Below, one piece after another: positions 51,842-60,959 of a DNA stretch of 64,000 nt (within the stretch, counting starts at the first letter, position 1; the number at the start of each line of letters is the position of its first letter). The translations under genes and the position numbers were made by a program. The notes beneath the pieces were generated by a model. It searched no databases. It saw nothing but the letters and a program-made list of their open reading frames with translations, and was not told where the DNA came from. Source of the stretch: Actinomycetota bacterium (lineage in GTDB: Bacteria > Actinomycetota > Acidimicrobiia > Acidimicrobiales > Acidimicrobiaceae); contig SCQM01000161.1 in assembly GCA_004298555.1 (NCBI GenBank), forward strand, positions 1,829 through 65,828, read 5' to 3'.

Positions 51842-53317
51842 CTACGACAGGGGAATGGTCAACACTATCCGGGCTCCATTGTCATTTTCGATCCTCATGG
51901 TTCCGCCAAGCTGGGATACCACGATATCGTTGACGATAAGCAGACCGAGGCTCAAAGTTTTTTCCGGGTCAAAATCGTCAGGAAATCCGACTCCATTATC
52001 GGCGACAATCATTTCCAGAACGTCGGCCCGCTGATCCAAAAAGACCTTTACCAGTCCCATCGTCTCGCCCGCCTTTGCCATGCCACTGCCAAACGCATGG
52101 TCGATCGAATTCTGCAAGAGCTCCGCCAGAACTAAGGCTAGCGGAGTGGCAACCCGGGCATCTAGATCGCTGGCGGACCCCGTAACCTCGATTTTCACAG
52201 GGAAACTGGGCATTATCGACTCTTGAGCAAGCTTCACGATCGCAGATACGATCTCAGGAAATGAAACCTGCTCGCCAATCTCCCGCGAAAGGATTTCGTG
52301 CACTACCGCGATCGAGCGTATTCTGCGTTCGGCCTCCTTGAGGGCATCCTGACCCTGGGACGGTCCGACTCTGCGCGCCTGAAGCCGCAAAAGCGAGGAG
52401 ATCGTCTGCAGATTGTTCTTGACCCTGTGATGGACTTCCCTGATCGTCGCATCCTTGCTCAACAACATGCGATCGCGTCGCCTGAGTTCGGAAATATCCC
52501 GCAAAAGGACCAGCACCCCAGTGACCTCGCCGTTGTCCAACAGTGGAATAGCATGCATCATCAGGGTTACATCGGCCCGCTGTTCGATCTCTTCAATTAC
52601 CGGCTTATGGCTGGCGAAAGCACGATCGGGAGCAGAAAACTGCAGGCCGGTCTTCTCGAAGATGTCACCCTTTCTGATCAGGTGGAGTCCCAGACGATGC
52701 ATCGCGCTGGCCGCATTAGGCGACATGAAGAGAATCCTCTTCTCGGCATCAAGCACAAGGACGCCATCCCCGACTCTTGGGGCCTCTTCGATGTCCATTC
52801 CTTCGAACGGAAACACACCGTCCGAAATCATCTTGGCAAACTGTTCGAAAAGTCTTATGTAGGTTCGCTCCAGCTCACCGTGCACCAGGCGCGCACTCGT
52901 AATATGGCGCCGGTCGATTATTGCAATTACTCTTCCTGCGCGCCGGACAGGGATGCATTGCGAAACAATCCACTCTCCGCCGTCCGGACTTATCGACTCG
53001 CGGAAAACGAGCATCTCCGAAAGATACCCCTGGGCAACAAATGAAACTTCGTTTGGACTGCCGCCAGTGCCGACCAGGTCGTCAGGGATTGAGGTCTGGG
53101 CAGTCGCAGGTCTCACCTGGGCCAAAATAATGAATTCGGGAACACCCGAAGACCTTGATTCTTCACTGCTCTCCTCGGGCCTAAGCGGAGCGTAAAGAAC
53201 AAGGTCTGAAAAACACAGGTCTGCAAGCATTCCCCAGGAACTGATGAGACGCTGCAAATGTTCAATATCAGCATCATCGAGATTTGCCTTTTTCGCGAGC
53301 AAACTAAAACTCGACAC
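51842..53317 (-). CDS. Soluble sensor histidine kinase, PdtaS-like (GAF/PAS + HisKA_2 + HATPase)
   Basis: 491 aa with no TM segment. H-box EVHHRVKNNLQTISSLLRLQ and an ATPase N/G boxes region. No response regulator adjacent. Confidence 0.8.
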   Translation of the reverse strand: MSSFSLLAKKANLDDADIEHLQRLISSWGMLADLCFSDLVLYAPLRPEESSEESRSSGVPEFIILAQVRPATAQTSIPDDLVGTGGSPNEVSFVAQGYLSEMLVFRESISPDGGEWIVSQCIPVRRAGRVIAIIDRRHITSARLVHGELERTYIRLFEQFAKMISDGVFPFEGMDIEEAPRVGDGVLVLDAEKRILFMSPNAASAMHRLGLHLIRKGDIFEKTGLQFSAPDRAFASHKPVIEEIEQRADVTLMMHAIPLLDNGEVTGVLVLLRDISELRRRDRMLLSKDATIREVHHRVKNNLQTISSLLRLQARRVGPSQGQDALKEAERRIRSIAVVHEILSREIGEQVSFPEIVSAIVKLAQESIMPSFPVKIEVTGSASDLDARVATPLALVLAELLQNSIDHAFGSGMAKAGETMGLVKVFLDQRADVLEMIVADNGVGFPDDFDPEKTLSLGLLIVNDIVVSQLGGTMRIENDNGARIVLTIPLS

Positions 53318-53354
53318 TCGCCCACCATGCCTTCACGTAGTCGCAGCCCCTTGT

Positions 53355-54221
53355 TTAGATCTCAACGGTATATGACTGCCTGCTCCTAAATCCTGAGAGC
53401 GAAGTATAGCCAACAGATTGCACGTAAGACTTGATTTCAGCTGCCTTGTAGGCGACGTCCGCCAAGCCATGGGAGTCCGAAGCTGTCGTAATAGGCACCC
53501 CGTACTGGTAAAACTTCCGCAGCAGGTATGGAGCCGGATAACTCTCCCCTACCGGCTTGCGCAGTCCTGCGGAAGATACCTCTGCTGATATTCCGCAATC
53601 GCGTGCCGCCTCAGCCATTCGATCATAAAACTCTTCCGGCACCTTGGGAAAGTGCCCCGCCACCTTGACAAGATCGGGATGCGCCAACACATCAACTGCA
53701 TCGCAGGCAGCCAGCTCCTCCAGAGCAGACGTATACTGCTGCCACGCATTTTCAACTCCAAAGTTATCCCATTCGGCCATTACCACAGCATCGGAAATGT
53801 GATCGAAGGGCCAGGCCCCGAGCCAGTGAACCGAACCAAGCAGCACGTCAAACGGATATCCAGCAAGGAACTCCGACACTTCGTCCATCCTGCCGGGGTA
53901 ATAGTCAACTTCCATTCCAAGCACTATGGGAAAGCCGGCATCCTTGGCGGCAAGAGCTACCTCAACATAGGTATCGAGATCGGCTCGGGCGTGATCGGCC
54001 CAGTACCTTTCCATAATCGCCCGAATTGCAGTATCGGGATATTGCTTGAAAAACCCACCCATGAATCGGTCCACCTGGGTAAAGCGGAACAGGTGTTCAG
54101 TGATAGCTATTTCGTTGATACCATTTTCCTCTGCCAGCTTGCAATATTCGTGAAGTTGATCGAGTGTAGGGTTCTTGTCGCGTTGGCCATGGGGCCACAA
54201 ATGAAGGTGGTAATCGAGCAC
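53355..54221 (-). CDS. PHP-domain phosphoesterase, HisJ (histidinol-phosphatase) family
   Basis: 288 aa. DYHLHLWPH, ITEH, GMEVDY, GSVH, LAHPD and ASDSH metal-ligand motifs. Confidence 0.8.
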   Translation of the reverse strand: MLDYHLHLWPHGQRDKNPTLDQLHEYCKLAEENGINEIAITEHLFRFTQVDRFMGGFFKQYPDTAIRAIMERYWADHARADLDTYVEVALAAKDAGFPIVLGMEVDYYPGRMDEVSEFLAGYPFDVLLGSVHWLGAWPFDHISDAVVMAEWDNFGVENAWQQYTSALEELAACDAVDVLAHPDLVKVAGHFPKVPEEFYDRMAEAARDCGISAEVSSAGLRKPVGESYPAPYLLRKFYQYGVPITTASDSHGLADVAYKAAEIKSYVQSVGYTSLSGFRSRQSYTVEI

Positions 54222-54223
54222 GA

Positions 54224-55435
54224 TTACATCGTAGGGGATTCGCTGCCGCTTGCAAGATACCCTGCCACTTTCCCCAGGGAATTGAGATTTGACACGTCAA
54301 TGTTCAAATGGGGCACCAGGGTGATCTGATCATCATCTACCGGAAGCTTCGAGATCTCATACGCCTCCTCAACTGCCACGCTGGAAAAGTTGAGAAAACT
54401 ATCGGCAACCTCCAAAAAGACTCTTTCTGCAAGTGCGCCCAGGCGAACTTGCGAAAACTCGCTGTTCTTGATGAATTCCAGAGAGGCTCCTTTTTTCAGG
54501 AACTCAGTTGCATATATCTCATAGTCATCCTGAAGTTTGTTGGCAAGCAAAACTGCCCCTGGATCGCGAAAATACGATGGCAGTGCCCGGTTTACCACCA
54601 TCTGACCCAGCCGCAGATGCCTGGTTTCGAGTGCAGAAATGAAATATTCCGCCTCTTTCATTGGCACGGATTCCGGGGAGGAGACCACAACGAAGGATGT
54701 GGACTGATTCTCCAAAATTCCAGCAACAGACTGCGCACGCTCGACAAATCCCGCGTACATCGACTCGAAGAGCAGAAAGAATTCTGCAACATCAGAAAGA
54801 AACTGAGCACCCAGTATCTTGTCGGCAACCTGGTAGAAGGGCTTGAAAAGTCCCATCAGCAACCTATTGCGTGCCGGCAGGGTGAGCCATCTCAGCAATT
54901 TAGAGGAAAAGAAGTCGGCCATCTTACCTGGAGCATCCAGGAAATCGATTGCGTGGCGGGAGGGCGGTGTATCAACAATAATCAGTTCATACTGATTTGA
55001 TCTGTATAGCTCGTAAAGCGTCTCCATCGCTATGTAATCATGACTCTGTACAAACCGGGACGAGATGTTCTTGTAAATAGGGTTGGAAAGGATCTTCTGC
55101 CTAGTGGCCACATCTGGAGCGTGGCGATTGATTAGCTCATCCCAAGAACTCTTGGCATCCAGCATGGCCACAAAGAGCCTGCCGGCAACCTTATGGCCCG
55201 CAGCCTTGTCAAGATCCGATGGCGAAACTTGCGAGCCTTTGGAGGTCAGTCCAATCAGACCCAGCGCATCGGCCAGCCGCCTGGCTGGATCAACCGTGAT
55301 CACCAGTACTTTCTTGCCAGTTAGATCTGCTGCGGTGAATCCAAGCGCTGCTGCGACGGTGGTCTTTCCGACCCCGCCCGGTCCAGCAACTATTACGATC
55401 CTCGAACCCGATAGCAGCTCAGCTATCCCTGCCAC
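54224..55435 (-). CDS. ArsA/Get3-like ATPase (single nucleotide-binding domain), copy 2
   Basis: 403 aa. Deviant Walker A GPGGVGKTT and VIVDTPP. Overlaps the upstream paralog by 13 nt. Confidence 0.85.
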   Translation of the reverse strand: MAGIAELLSGSRIVIVAGPGGVGKTTVAAALGFTAADLTGKKVLVITVDPARRLADALGLIGLTSKGSQVSPSDLDKAAGHKVAGRLFVAMLDAKSSWDELINRHAPDVATRQKILSNPIYKNISSRFVQSHDYIAMETLYELYRSNQYELIIVDTPPSRHAIDFLDAPGKMADFFSSKLLRWLTLPARNRLLMGLFKPFYQVADKILGAQFLSDVAEFFLLFESMYAGFVERAQSVAGILENQSTSFVVVSSPESVPMKEAEYFISALETRHLRLGQMVVNRALPSYFRDPGAVLLANKLQDDYEIYATEFLKKGASLEFIKNSEFSQVRLGALAERVFLEVADSFLNFSSVAVEEAYEISKLPVDDDQITLVPHLNIDVSNLNSLGKVAGYLASGSESPTM

Positions 55436-56406
55436 AGGAAATCATCCCACTCTGCGGCAATAGCTTCCCCAAGATCTCTAACAAGCTTCATCCGCGAGCC
55501 CACGCCAAACATGAGAGGCAGTAAAGCCGTAGGCACAGTGCCGACGCCGGATATGAGACGCTCCACATATGGATCCGCGCACCGGCGCATCTCCAGCGCA
55601 GCATTCGATCCGCGCAGAAGAAGCTCAATATCGCCGGGAATCACTTTATTCAGCACCTTTATCGCCTTGGGATCCTGGAGCAGCGTGAAGAACTCCTCTT
55701 CGGACCTCGAAAACAACTCCGGCATCACTTTATTGACGATCAGGGCACCCAAATGAACATCCGTCTCGTTGTCGATCCTGCCGGCAAGCTCCAGAGCTTC
55801 ATTTATTGGAGTTTCGGCTGGAGTGGCGACGACTATGACGGAAGTCTTGGATGAGTCGTACAGAATATCCTCCATCCATGCAACCTGGTCTTTCACCATA
55901 CCCAACCGGACCAGTTCCGAAATCCCTTTTGGTGAGGCAAGCTGAGAGACAATATGGCCAGTCGAAGTCGCATCAACAAGAATGAGATCGTATCTCGCTT
56001 CCTTGACCTCATAGCAAAGCTTGCCAACCACCAGGATCTCCTGCACTCCCGGCGCGGCATTGGCTATGAAATCAAAGGTCCTTGCCAATGGACCCAACTT
56101 TGCCACTACTGGAACTCTGAGATATATCCGCAGATACTCCCTCAGAGCCTCCTCCGTATTCATTGACATGAGAAAGAGATTTTCTCGTATCTCAGTCGGC
56201 TCAAATCCGCTTGGCTCGCAATCCAGCAGGCGCGCTATATCCCCCTTGGCGTCAACTTCACAAATCAGGGTGTGCTTTCCTGCTTTCGCGGCGAGAACTC
56301 CCAAAGCTGCCGTTACTGACGTCTTTCCAACCCCTCCCTTACCGGTGATGAATACCAGCGACCGGTCAAGCAAACCTAAAGAGTTCGATGATCCATAGCG
56401 GGGCAC
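55423..56406 (-). CDS. ArsA/Get3-like ATPase (single nucleotide-binding domain), copy 1
   Basis: 327 aa. GKGGVGKTS and LILVDATSTGH. Confidence 0.85.
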   Translation of the reverse strand: MPRYGSSNSLGLLDRSLVFITGKGGVGKTSVTAALGVLAAKAGKHTLICEVDAKGDIARLLDCEPSGFEPTEIRENLFLMSMNTEEALREYLRIYLRVPVVAKLGPLARTFDFIANAAPGVQEILVVGKLCYEVKEARYDLILVDATSTGHIVSQLASPKGISELVRLGMVKDQVAWMEDILYDSSKTSVIVVATPAETPINEALELAGRIDNETDVHLGALIVNKVMPELFSRSEEEFFTLLQDPKAIKVLNKVIPGDIELLLRGSNAALEMRRCADPYVERLISGVGTVPTALLPLMFGVGSRMKLVRDLGEAIAAEWDDFLWQG

Positions 56407-56415
56407 AAAAATCTC

Positions 56416-56652
56416 CTAAGGCGCGCCAAAACCTACACGCCGGTCTTCCTTTGTCGCACCAACCTCGACATACGCCAGCTTCGACACGAATACTCCAAGC
56501 CTGTGCCCCTTCTTGTCCTGAATCCAAACTATTGACGAACCTGAAGAAATTGAAGCCTCGAGTGACTCGATGAATTGCTCCTGAGTCGTGCCTTCCGGTA
56601 GTTCAAGATCTATTTCTCGTGGCGAATCTGAGATGCCAATGCGAATGTCCAC
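56416..56652 (-). CDS. DUF3107-family small protein
   Basis: 78 aa, MDIRIGISDSPREIDLEL...VWIQDKKGHRLGV...LAYVEVG. GTG start with a GGAGG RBS. 9 nt upstream of the ArsA-like gene. Confidence 0.7.
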   Translation of the reverse strand: MDIRIGISDSPREIDLELPEGTTQEQFIESLEASISSGSSIVWIQDKKGHRLGVFVSKLAYVEVGATKEDRRVGFGAP

Positions 56653-56833
56653 TATCTGCCTCCGCTACAAGTTACCTGACCTCAAGCCTAACGGAAATTT
56701 GCGGCGATCATCATCTTTACGATTCCTCGACTCCTATGGACAAAGATTCTCATACAACTGGCACTCTGAACCAATGCCGGACCTTTCTGATTCTGTGGAG
56801 GCCAAGACTGTAGGCCTAGGGTTCTGGAACCTT

Positions 56834-56940
56834 ACTCAGGTCGCCCTTTCGGGCCGAGTGGGGTTCTGCCTCCGCATGGATGAATCCAGGGGCTTCTCAC
56901 CCCGCACCGCGTTTCGGTGATACTACTCTTGGAGGCGGGA
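56834..56940 (-). promoter_or_regulatory. Candidate structured leader element upstream of the DUF3107 operon
   Basis: On the minus-sense RNA, GCCUCC (56931-56936) pairs with GGAGGC (56868-56873), enclosing hairpins CACCG-aaacg-CGGUG and GGGG-ugagaag-CCCC. This is followed by ACUC-GGCCC-GAAA-GGGC..GAGU (56834-56859). Confidence 0.3.
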
Positions 56941-56980
56941 TGCCCAACAACACTGTCGAGCGCAGTTGCAAAGCCGTAAT

Positions 56981-58225
56981 CTAGCGGCCAAGTTCCATTT
57001 GTAGCCGTGGCATCCCAGCTCGCTGAGCTTTCCCGACTCCTTTGTCAGACAAATTGGCCTGGCGGCTGCCCTTTCTGCCGGCTTGGCGCCATTTGGATGC
57101 CGGCTCTTCAACAAGCCTCCAGGAAAGTTCGGCGGTAATCAATGACATAATGAGCCCGGCTGCAATCCCGGGAAATCCCAGACTTCTAAACCATGTCAAC
57201 CAAACATAGTGCCAAAGGTAAAGCGCGTACGACCGCTTTCCCAAGTATTTGATCACGCGTCCTGTTGCAATCCTTCCAAGCAGCGTATCCGGCCTCTCAA
57301 CAAGGTAGATGATCGTAGTTGCGCAGGCCAGTGCCGTTAACGGCCACGCCATCTGCCCGCCGACAGAAAGCTGGGATTTTTGAAGTGCATATCCTGACCA
57401 CAGGATGACGCCCACGGACACCAAGGCAAGGGGCGGCAAAATCTTTGAATCCTTCAGCTCGCGCTTGGAGTGCGACCAGAAAAGAGCTGCCGCGGAGCCG
57501 GCTAACAAGGTTCCGGCCCTTGTATCAGTACCCATATATACCCTGAGGCCACCTAAACCAAGGTGGGTCAAAAGAATCACATCTGCGCTTGCCAACAAGG
57601 AACCGGCAACCGCTAAACGTAGTGCGGCATGTCTTCCATATCGAAATATTACGGCCAGAATCGACACCCAAATCAGATAGAACTGCATCTCAATCGCAAG
57701 CGACCAAATGTGACCGATCGGCACGTAGCCAGAAAACCAGTTGAAGATAACCGCCCAGTTCATAACATAGGTGAGTGCGGCTGCCGCGGCTTCTAACACC
57801 GTACCCAGTCCCATGACCTGGCCTGGTCCTCCTTGCGGCACAGTTGTCAGCCAAACATGCCCTGTGAAAGCGGCGGAAACCACCATCCAAACAATGAGAA
57901 AGACCGCAAGGGCGGGAACAAGCCTGACCACCCTCCGCCTGATGAAGGCCGCCATATCAATGCGGCCGCTAAAAGCATATTCACGAACAGCCAGGTAGGT
58001 GATAAGAAATCCACTCAAGGCAAAGAAAATGAACATTCCAGTATCCGCAGGTGCTATGGAACTGAAAGGTTGAACATGTCCGAGGAAAACTGCGGCCCAT
58101 GCAATGCCTCGCAATCCGTCTAATGCCGGATTCGCACCCAAGGCCTTTACCGACCTAGTTCCGATGGAGGTGCTTGAGCCGCCTTGCTGGGGTAGCCTGT
58201 CGCTTCGCTCAAATACTGTGTGCAA
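56981..58225 (-). CDS. Acyltransferase family 3 (OafA-like) membrane protein
   Basis: 414 aa. LDGLRGIAWAAVFLGH start motif and about 10 TM segments. Confidence 0.8.
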   Translation of the reverse strand: MHTVFERSDRLPQQGGSSTSIGTRSVKALGANPALDGLRGIAWAAVFLGHVQPFSSIAPADTGMFIFFALSGFLITYLAVREYAFSGRIDMAAFIRRRVVRLVPALAVFLIVWMVVSAAFTGHVWLTTVPQGGPGQVMGLGTVLEAAAAALTYVMNWAVIFNWFSGYVPIGHIWSLAIEMQFYLIWVSILAVIFRYGRHAALRLAVAGSLLASADVILLTHLGLGGLRVYMGTDTRAGTLLAGSAAALFWSHSKRELKDSKILPPLALVSVGVILWSGYALQKSQLSVGGQMAWPLTALACATTIIYLVERPDTLLGRIATGRVIKYLGKRSYALYLWHYVWLTWFRSLGFPGIAAGLIMSLITAELSWRLVEEPASKWRQAGRKGSRQANLSDKGVGKAQRAGMPRLQMELGR

Positions 58226-58886
58226 ATATTCGGCTTTCTAACTTCCGTCCCGTCTAGCCAAAGGCAACGATTGAAACAGTCAGCTCTGGAGCAGGACTGG
58301 CCATTACAGACTCATTGGAACTGATGTGAGGCGAGGTTCTTGAATAGTCCGGGCACAAAGCCGGGGGAACAAAGCAATTCCAAGGGATAGCAACCCGATC
58401 CGGCTGCTTAAGATTCGCCCGATGAATTTGGACGTGGCGTATTTTTAGATGAGCCAGCTCCGGACAATAACGCCGTTCGCCTCTAAATTTGCATGGATCT
58501 GTGCCGTAAGATTGCGACTAGGAACGTGCGGCGCTGGAGCAAAAATGCCGATGTGCTGGATGCTGCTGGCGAAACTGCTGAAGATCCGATTGGAAGTCTT
58601 TCCTGAACCATTCCGGCTCCTTTTCATTGATCTTTCCGCATGTCCATCTAAACGCTGCCAACTAGGAAAACCGTCAAAAGAACCTGAAAATCTCCTGGAC
58701 GAGACTATATCAGCTGGTAGACAGCCTAAAGTACACCAGAGGTTCTCTAGTGACAGACACATTCGACATGTGGCACGTCGCAAAATGCGGTATAGGCGAT
58801 GCCTTTTTTCACGAGAGCTAAACCCCAAAAGCGTGGACAGCCACTTGCATTTGCGCGAGAATCCTAGCCAGGGTTTAGATCTTAGG

Positions 58887-60035
58887 CTAGCCCCGGACCT
58901 TGAGCTCCGACCTATAAACCCTGGCAGGTCCCAAGGCTTCCACTGCCGATGCGAGGGCATCGTATGCTCTGGATACCTCTGAATTCGGCGCGCTTGCAGT
59001 AATCGGAACGCCATCATCGCCGCCAACGCGCACATCAGAAACCAACGGAATTTGAGCAAGGAGTGGGACGCCGAGATTATCGGCAAGCTCCTTTCCTCCG
59101 CCTTCGCCAAATATCAGGTACTTTTTGCCGTCATCGCCAACGAACCAGGACATGTTCTCGATCACGCCACGCAATGGAAGTTTCAGTTGTCTCGCGGCAT
59201 ATGCGCTGCGCTGAGCAACTCTTTGAGCAGCTGGCTGGGGTGTGGTCACAACCAAAATCTCGGACTTCGGAAGATATTGTCCCATTGAAAGCGCCACATC
59301 ACCGGTTCCAGGAGGCATGTCCAAAAGGAGGAAATCGAGATCACCCCAGTAGACGTCAACAAGGAACTGCTCAAGTGCCTTGTGGAGCATTGGACCTCGC
59401 CATATCACCGGAGTCTCATCAGAAACAAAGAATCCGACGGAGATGCATTTCACCCCGTAGGCCACAGGAGGGAGCATGAGATCATCGATCAACAATGGAT
59501 TGCGGGAAATGCCAAGCATCTTAGGCACGGAAAACCCATAGACATCGGCATCGAGGATGCCAACCTCGTATCCCTTCTTTGCCAGTGCGATCGCCAAGTT
59601 CACCGAGGTCGAAGACTTCCCGACGCCACCCTTCCCGGATGATATTCCAAGAACTCTGGTTTTAGTGCCTGATTCCATGAACTGATTCACACGGCCCTGC
59701 TCATGCCCGATTGGGTTCGCTACTGTCTGAGCTTCCGAATCGCTTGGCGGCTTAAGCAAGTTGCGAAGCCGCAGCAAGTCTGACTGCGAAAGACCCCTCA
59801 GCTCCACATCAATCTTGCTAGCCAGGTTCGCCTTTGCCAAAGCTTCTAAAACAACCGATTTCAAAGCCTCTTCATAGGGAAGCGGATCTGCAACAACGCC
59901 GATCGGAACAACGAGTTTTCCCCCCCAGGCATTAATCGGCTCACCAATCAACCCCAATTGCACCAGCGGTTTCCTAATTTCTGGTTCCAGGACTCCATTT
60001 AAAGCCGCTTCAACCTCTTCTTTGGTGACTGCCAC
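58887..60035 (-). CDS. apbC: Fe-S cluster carrier ATPase Mrp/ApbC with N-terminal DUF59-like domain
   Basis: 382 aa. GISSGKGGVGKSSTSVNLA and the CxxC-equivalent region ENMSWF. GTG start with a GGAGG RBS. Confidence 0.9.
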   Translation of the reverse strand: MAVTKEEVEAALNGVLEPEIRKPLVQLGLIGEPINAWGGKLVVPIGVVADPLPYEEALKSVVLEALAKANLASKIDVELRGLSQSDLLRLRNLLKPPSDSEAQTVANPIGHEQGRVNQFMESGTKTRVLGISSGKGGVGKSSTSVNLAIALAKKGYEVGILDADVYGFSVPKMLGISRNPLLIDDLMLPPVAYGVKCISVGFFVSDETPVIWRGPMLHKALEQFLVDVYWGDLDFLLLDMPPGTGDVALSMGQYLPKSEILVVTTPQPAAQRVAQRSAYAARQLKLPLRGVIENMSWFVGDDGKKYLIFGEGGGKELADNLGVPLLAQIPLVSDVRVGGDDGVPITASAPNSEVSRAYDALASAVEALGPARVYRSELKVRG

Positions 60036-60063
60036 TCGACTTACCTCCGTTTGACCTTTTAGG

Positions 60064-60134
60064 ACCGCATAAAACCGCAGGAACCATTAGGTATGATTAA
60101 ATTCTCCTACCGCTATAGAATAAATGTTATGCGG
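60064..60134. promoter_or_regulatory. Repeat motifs in the mrp/regulator divergent promoter region
   Basis: ACCGCA at 60064-60069 and 60074-60079 (10-nt phasing). The 8-nt inverted repeat CCGCATAA (60065-60072) / TTATGCGG (60127-60134). Confidence 0.25.
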
Positions 60135-60959
60135 CAATCGGAACTTGTGACAACTCGAGACGAAGTTAGTTCGGAAAACAGGGAAATAACTCCTGCCAAA
60201 GTCTCTGCCAATGCCGTAGCCGATGAACATCTCTTCGACATGTTGCCGACATCACCGCGAAGCCTGTCTGACGACCAGTTCTCGGCAACTGTCGCTGCGA
60301 TAGTTTCGGCATTTGGCGACCCGACCAGAAGGAACATCTACCTTTTCACCAGGGAATCAAATGGCGTGACTGCATCTGAGGTTGCCGCTGAGTTCGGGCT
60401 TCACCCAAATGTTGCGAGGCACCATCTGGACAAACTGACGGCCGGAGGATATCTCGACGTTTTTGTTGATCGAAAGGTTTCGAGTGGGGCCGGGAGACCC
60501 TCAAAGAAATACAAGGGCTCTAAGAGCCAAAATGCTGGTGAGACTGCTCCTCATACGGATGATCTGCTCGCTTTGCTTTTGACAAGCGCTCTGGAACGTC
60601 TACCAGAAGACCAGATTGAGTCCATGGCAAATGAAGTCGGCGAGAGATTTGGAAAGCTGCTCGCCTCCCAGATGAAACCTACTGATAGCCAGATCTCCTT
60701 GCACCAGGCGATGCGTGCGATAGCCGATGCGCTTACAGCGCATGGTTTTGCCGCCAGATCGGAACCTTCAGGATCAAGCCGCGACACAGTGATTTCGGAT
60801 TGTTGTCCCTTTGGCTCAGTGGCATTGATGCATCCGGTGTTGTGCGCGGTAGACAAGGGCATTGTTAAGGGCATGCTATCGACGCTCTACGGAGCGCCGG
60901 TACCGATAAGAATGTCCTCTAGAGCGCGTGGTGACCAGAACTGCGCCGTATCAATTTGA
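60093..60959 (+). CDS. ArsR-type wHTH transcriptional regulator, SufR-like (COG2345-type) with C-terminal Cys cluster
   Basis: 288 aa. HTH region FGDPTRRNIYLF...ASEVAAEFGLHPNVARHHLDKLTAGGYL. C-terminal C-C-X12-C (DCCPFGSVALMHPVLC) plus a distal Cys. Start may be Met13. Confidence 0.6.
   Translation: MIKFSYRYRINVMRQSELVTTRDEVSSENREITPAKVSANAVADEHLFDMLPTSPRSLSDDQFSATVAAIVSAFGDPTRRNIYLFTRESNGVTASEVAAEFGLHPNVARHHLDKLTAGGYLDVFVDRKVSSGAGRPSKKYKGSKSQNAGETAPHTDDLLALLLTSALERLPEDQIESMANEVGERFGKLLASQMKPTDSQISLHQAMRAIADALTAHGFAARSEPSGSSRDTVISDCCPFGSVALMHPVLCAVDKGIVKGMLSTLYGAPVPIRMSSRARGDQNCAVSI

Noticed and set aside
52298-55000. Series of 225-248-aa plus-strand ORFs antisense to the histidine kinase, PHP phosphatase and ArsA-like genes
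   Set aside because: Each is fully contained in a motif-supported minus-strand gene. Their composition (R/S/Q/H-rich) is typical of antisense frames. The same reasoning applies to 30593-31201, 46362-46919 and 47040-47693.
58445-59110. 221-aa minus ORF and 177-aa plus ORF (58449-58982) as real protein genes
   Set aside because: Only about 21-22% of codons start with G in either frame. The products are R/S/W/C-rich and both run out of frame into mrp. I kept the region as a finding (unexplained gap) but not as CDS calls.
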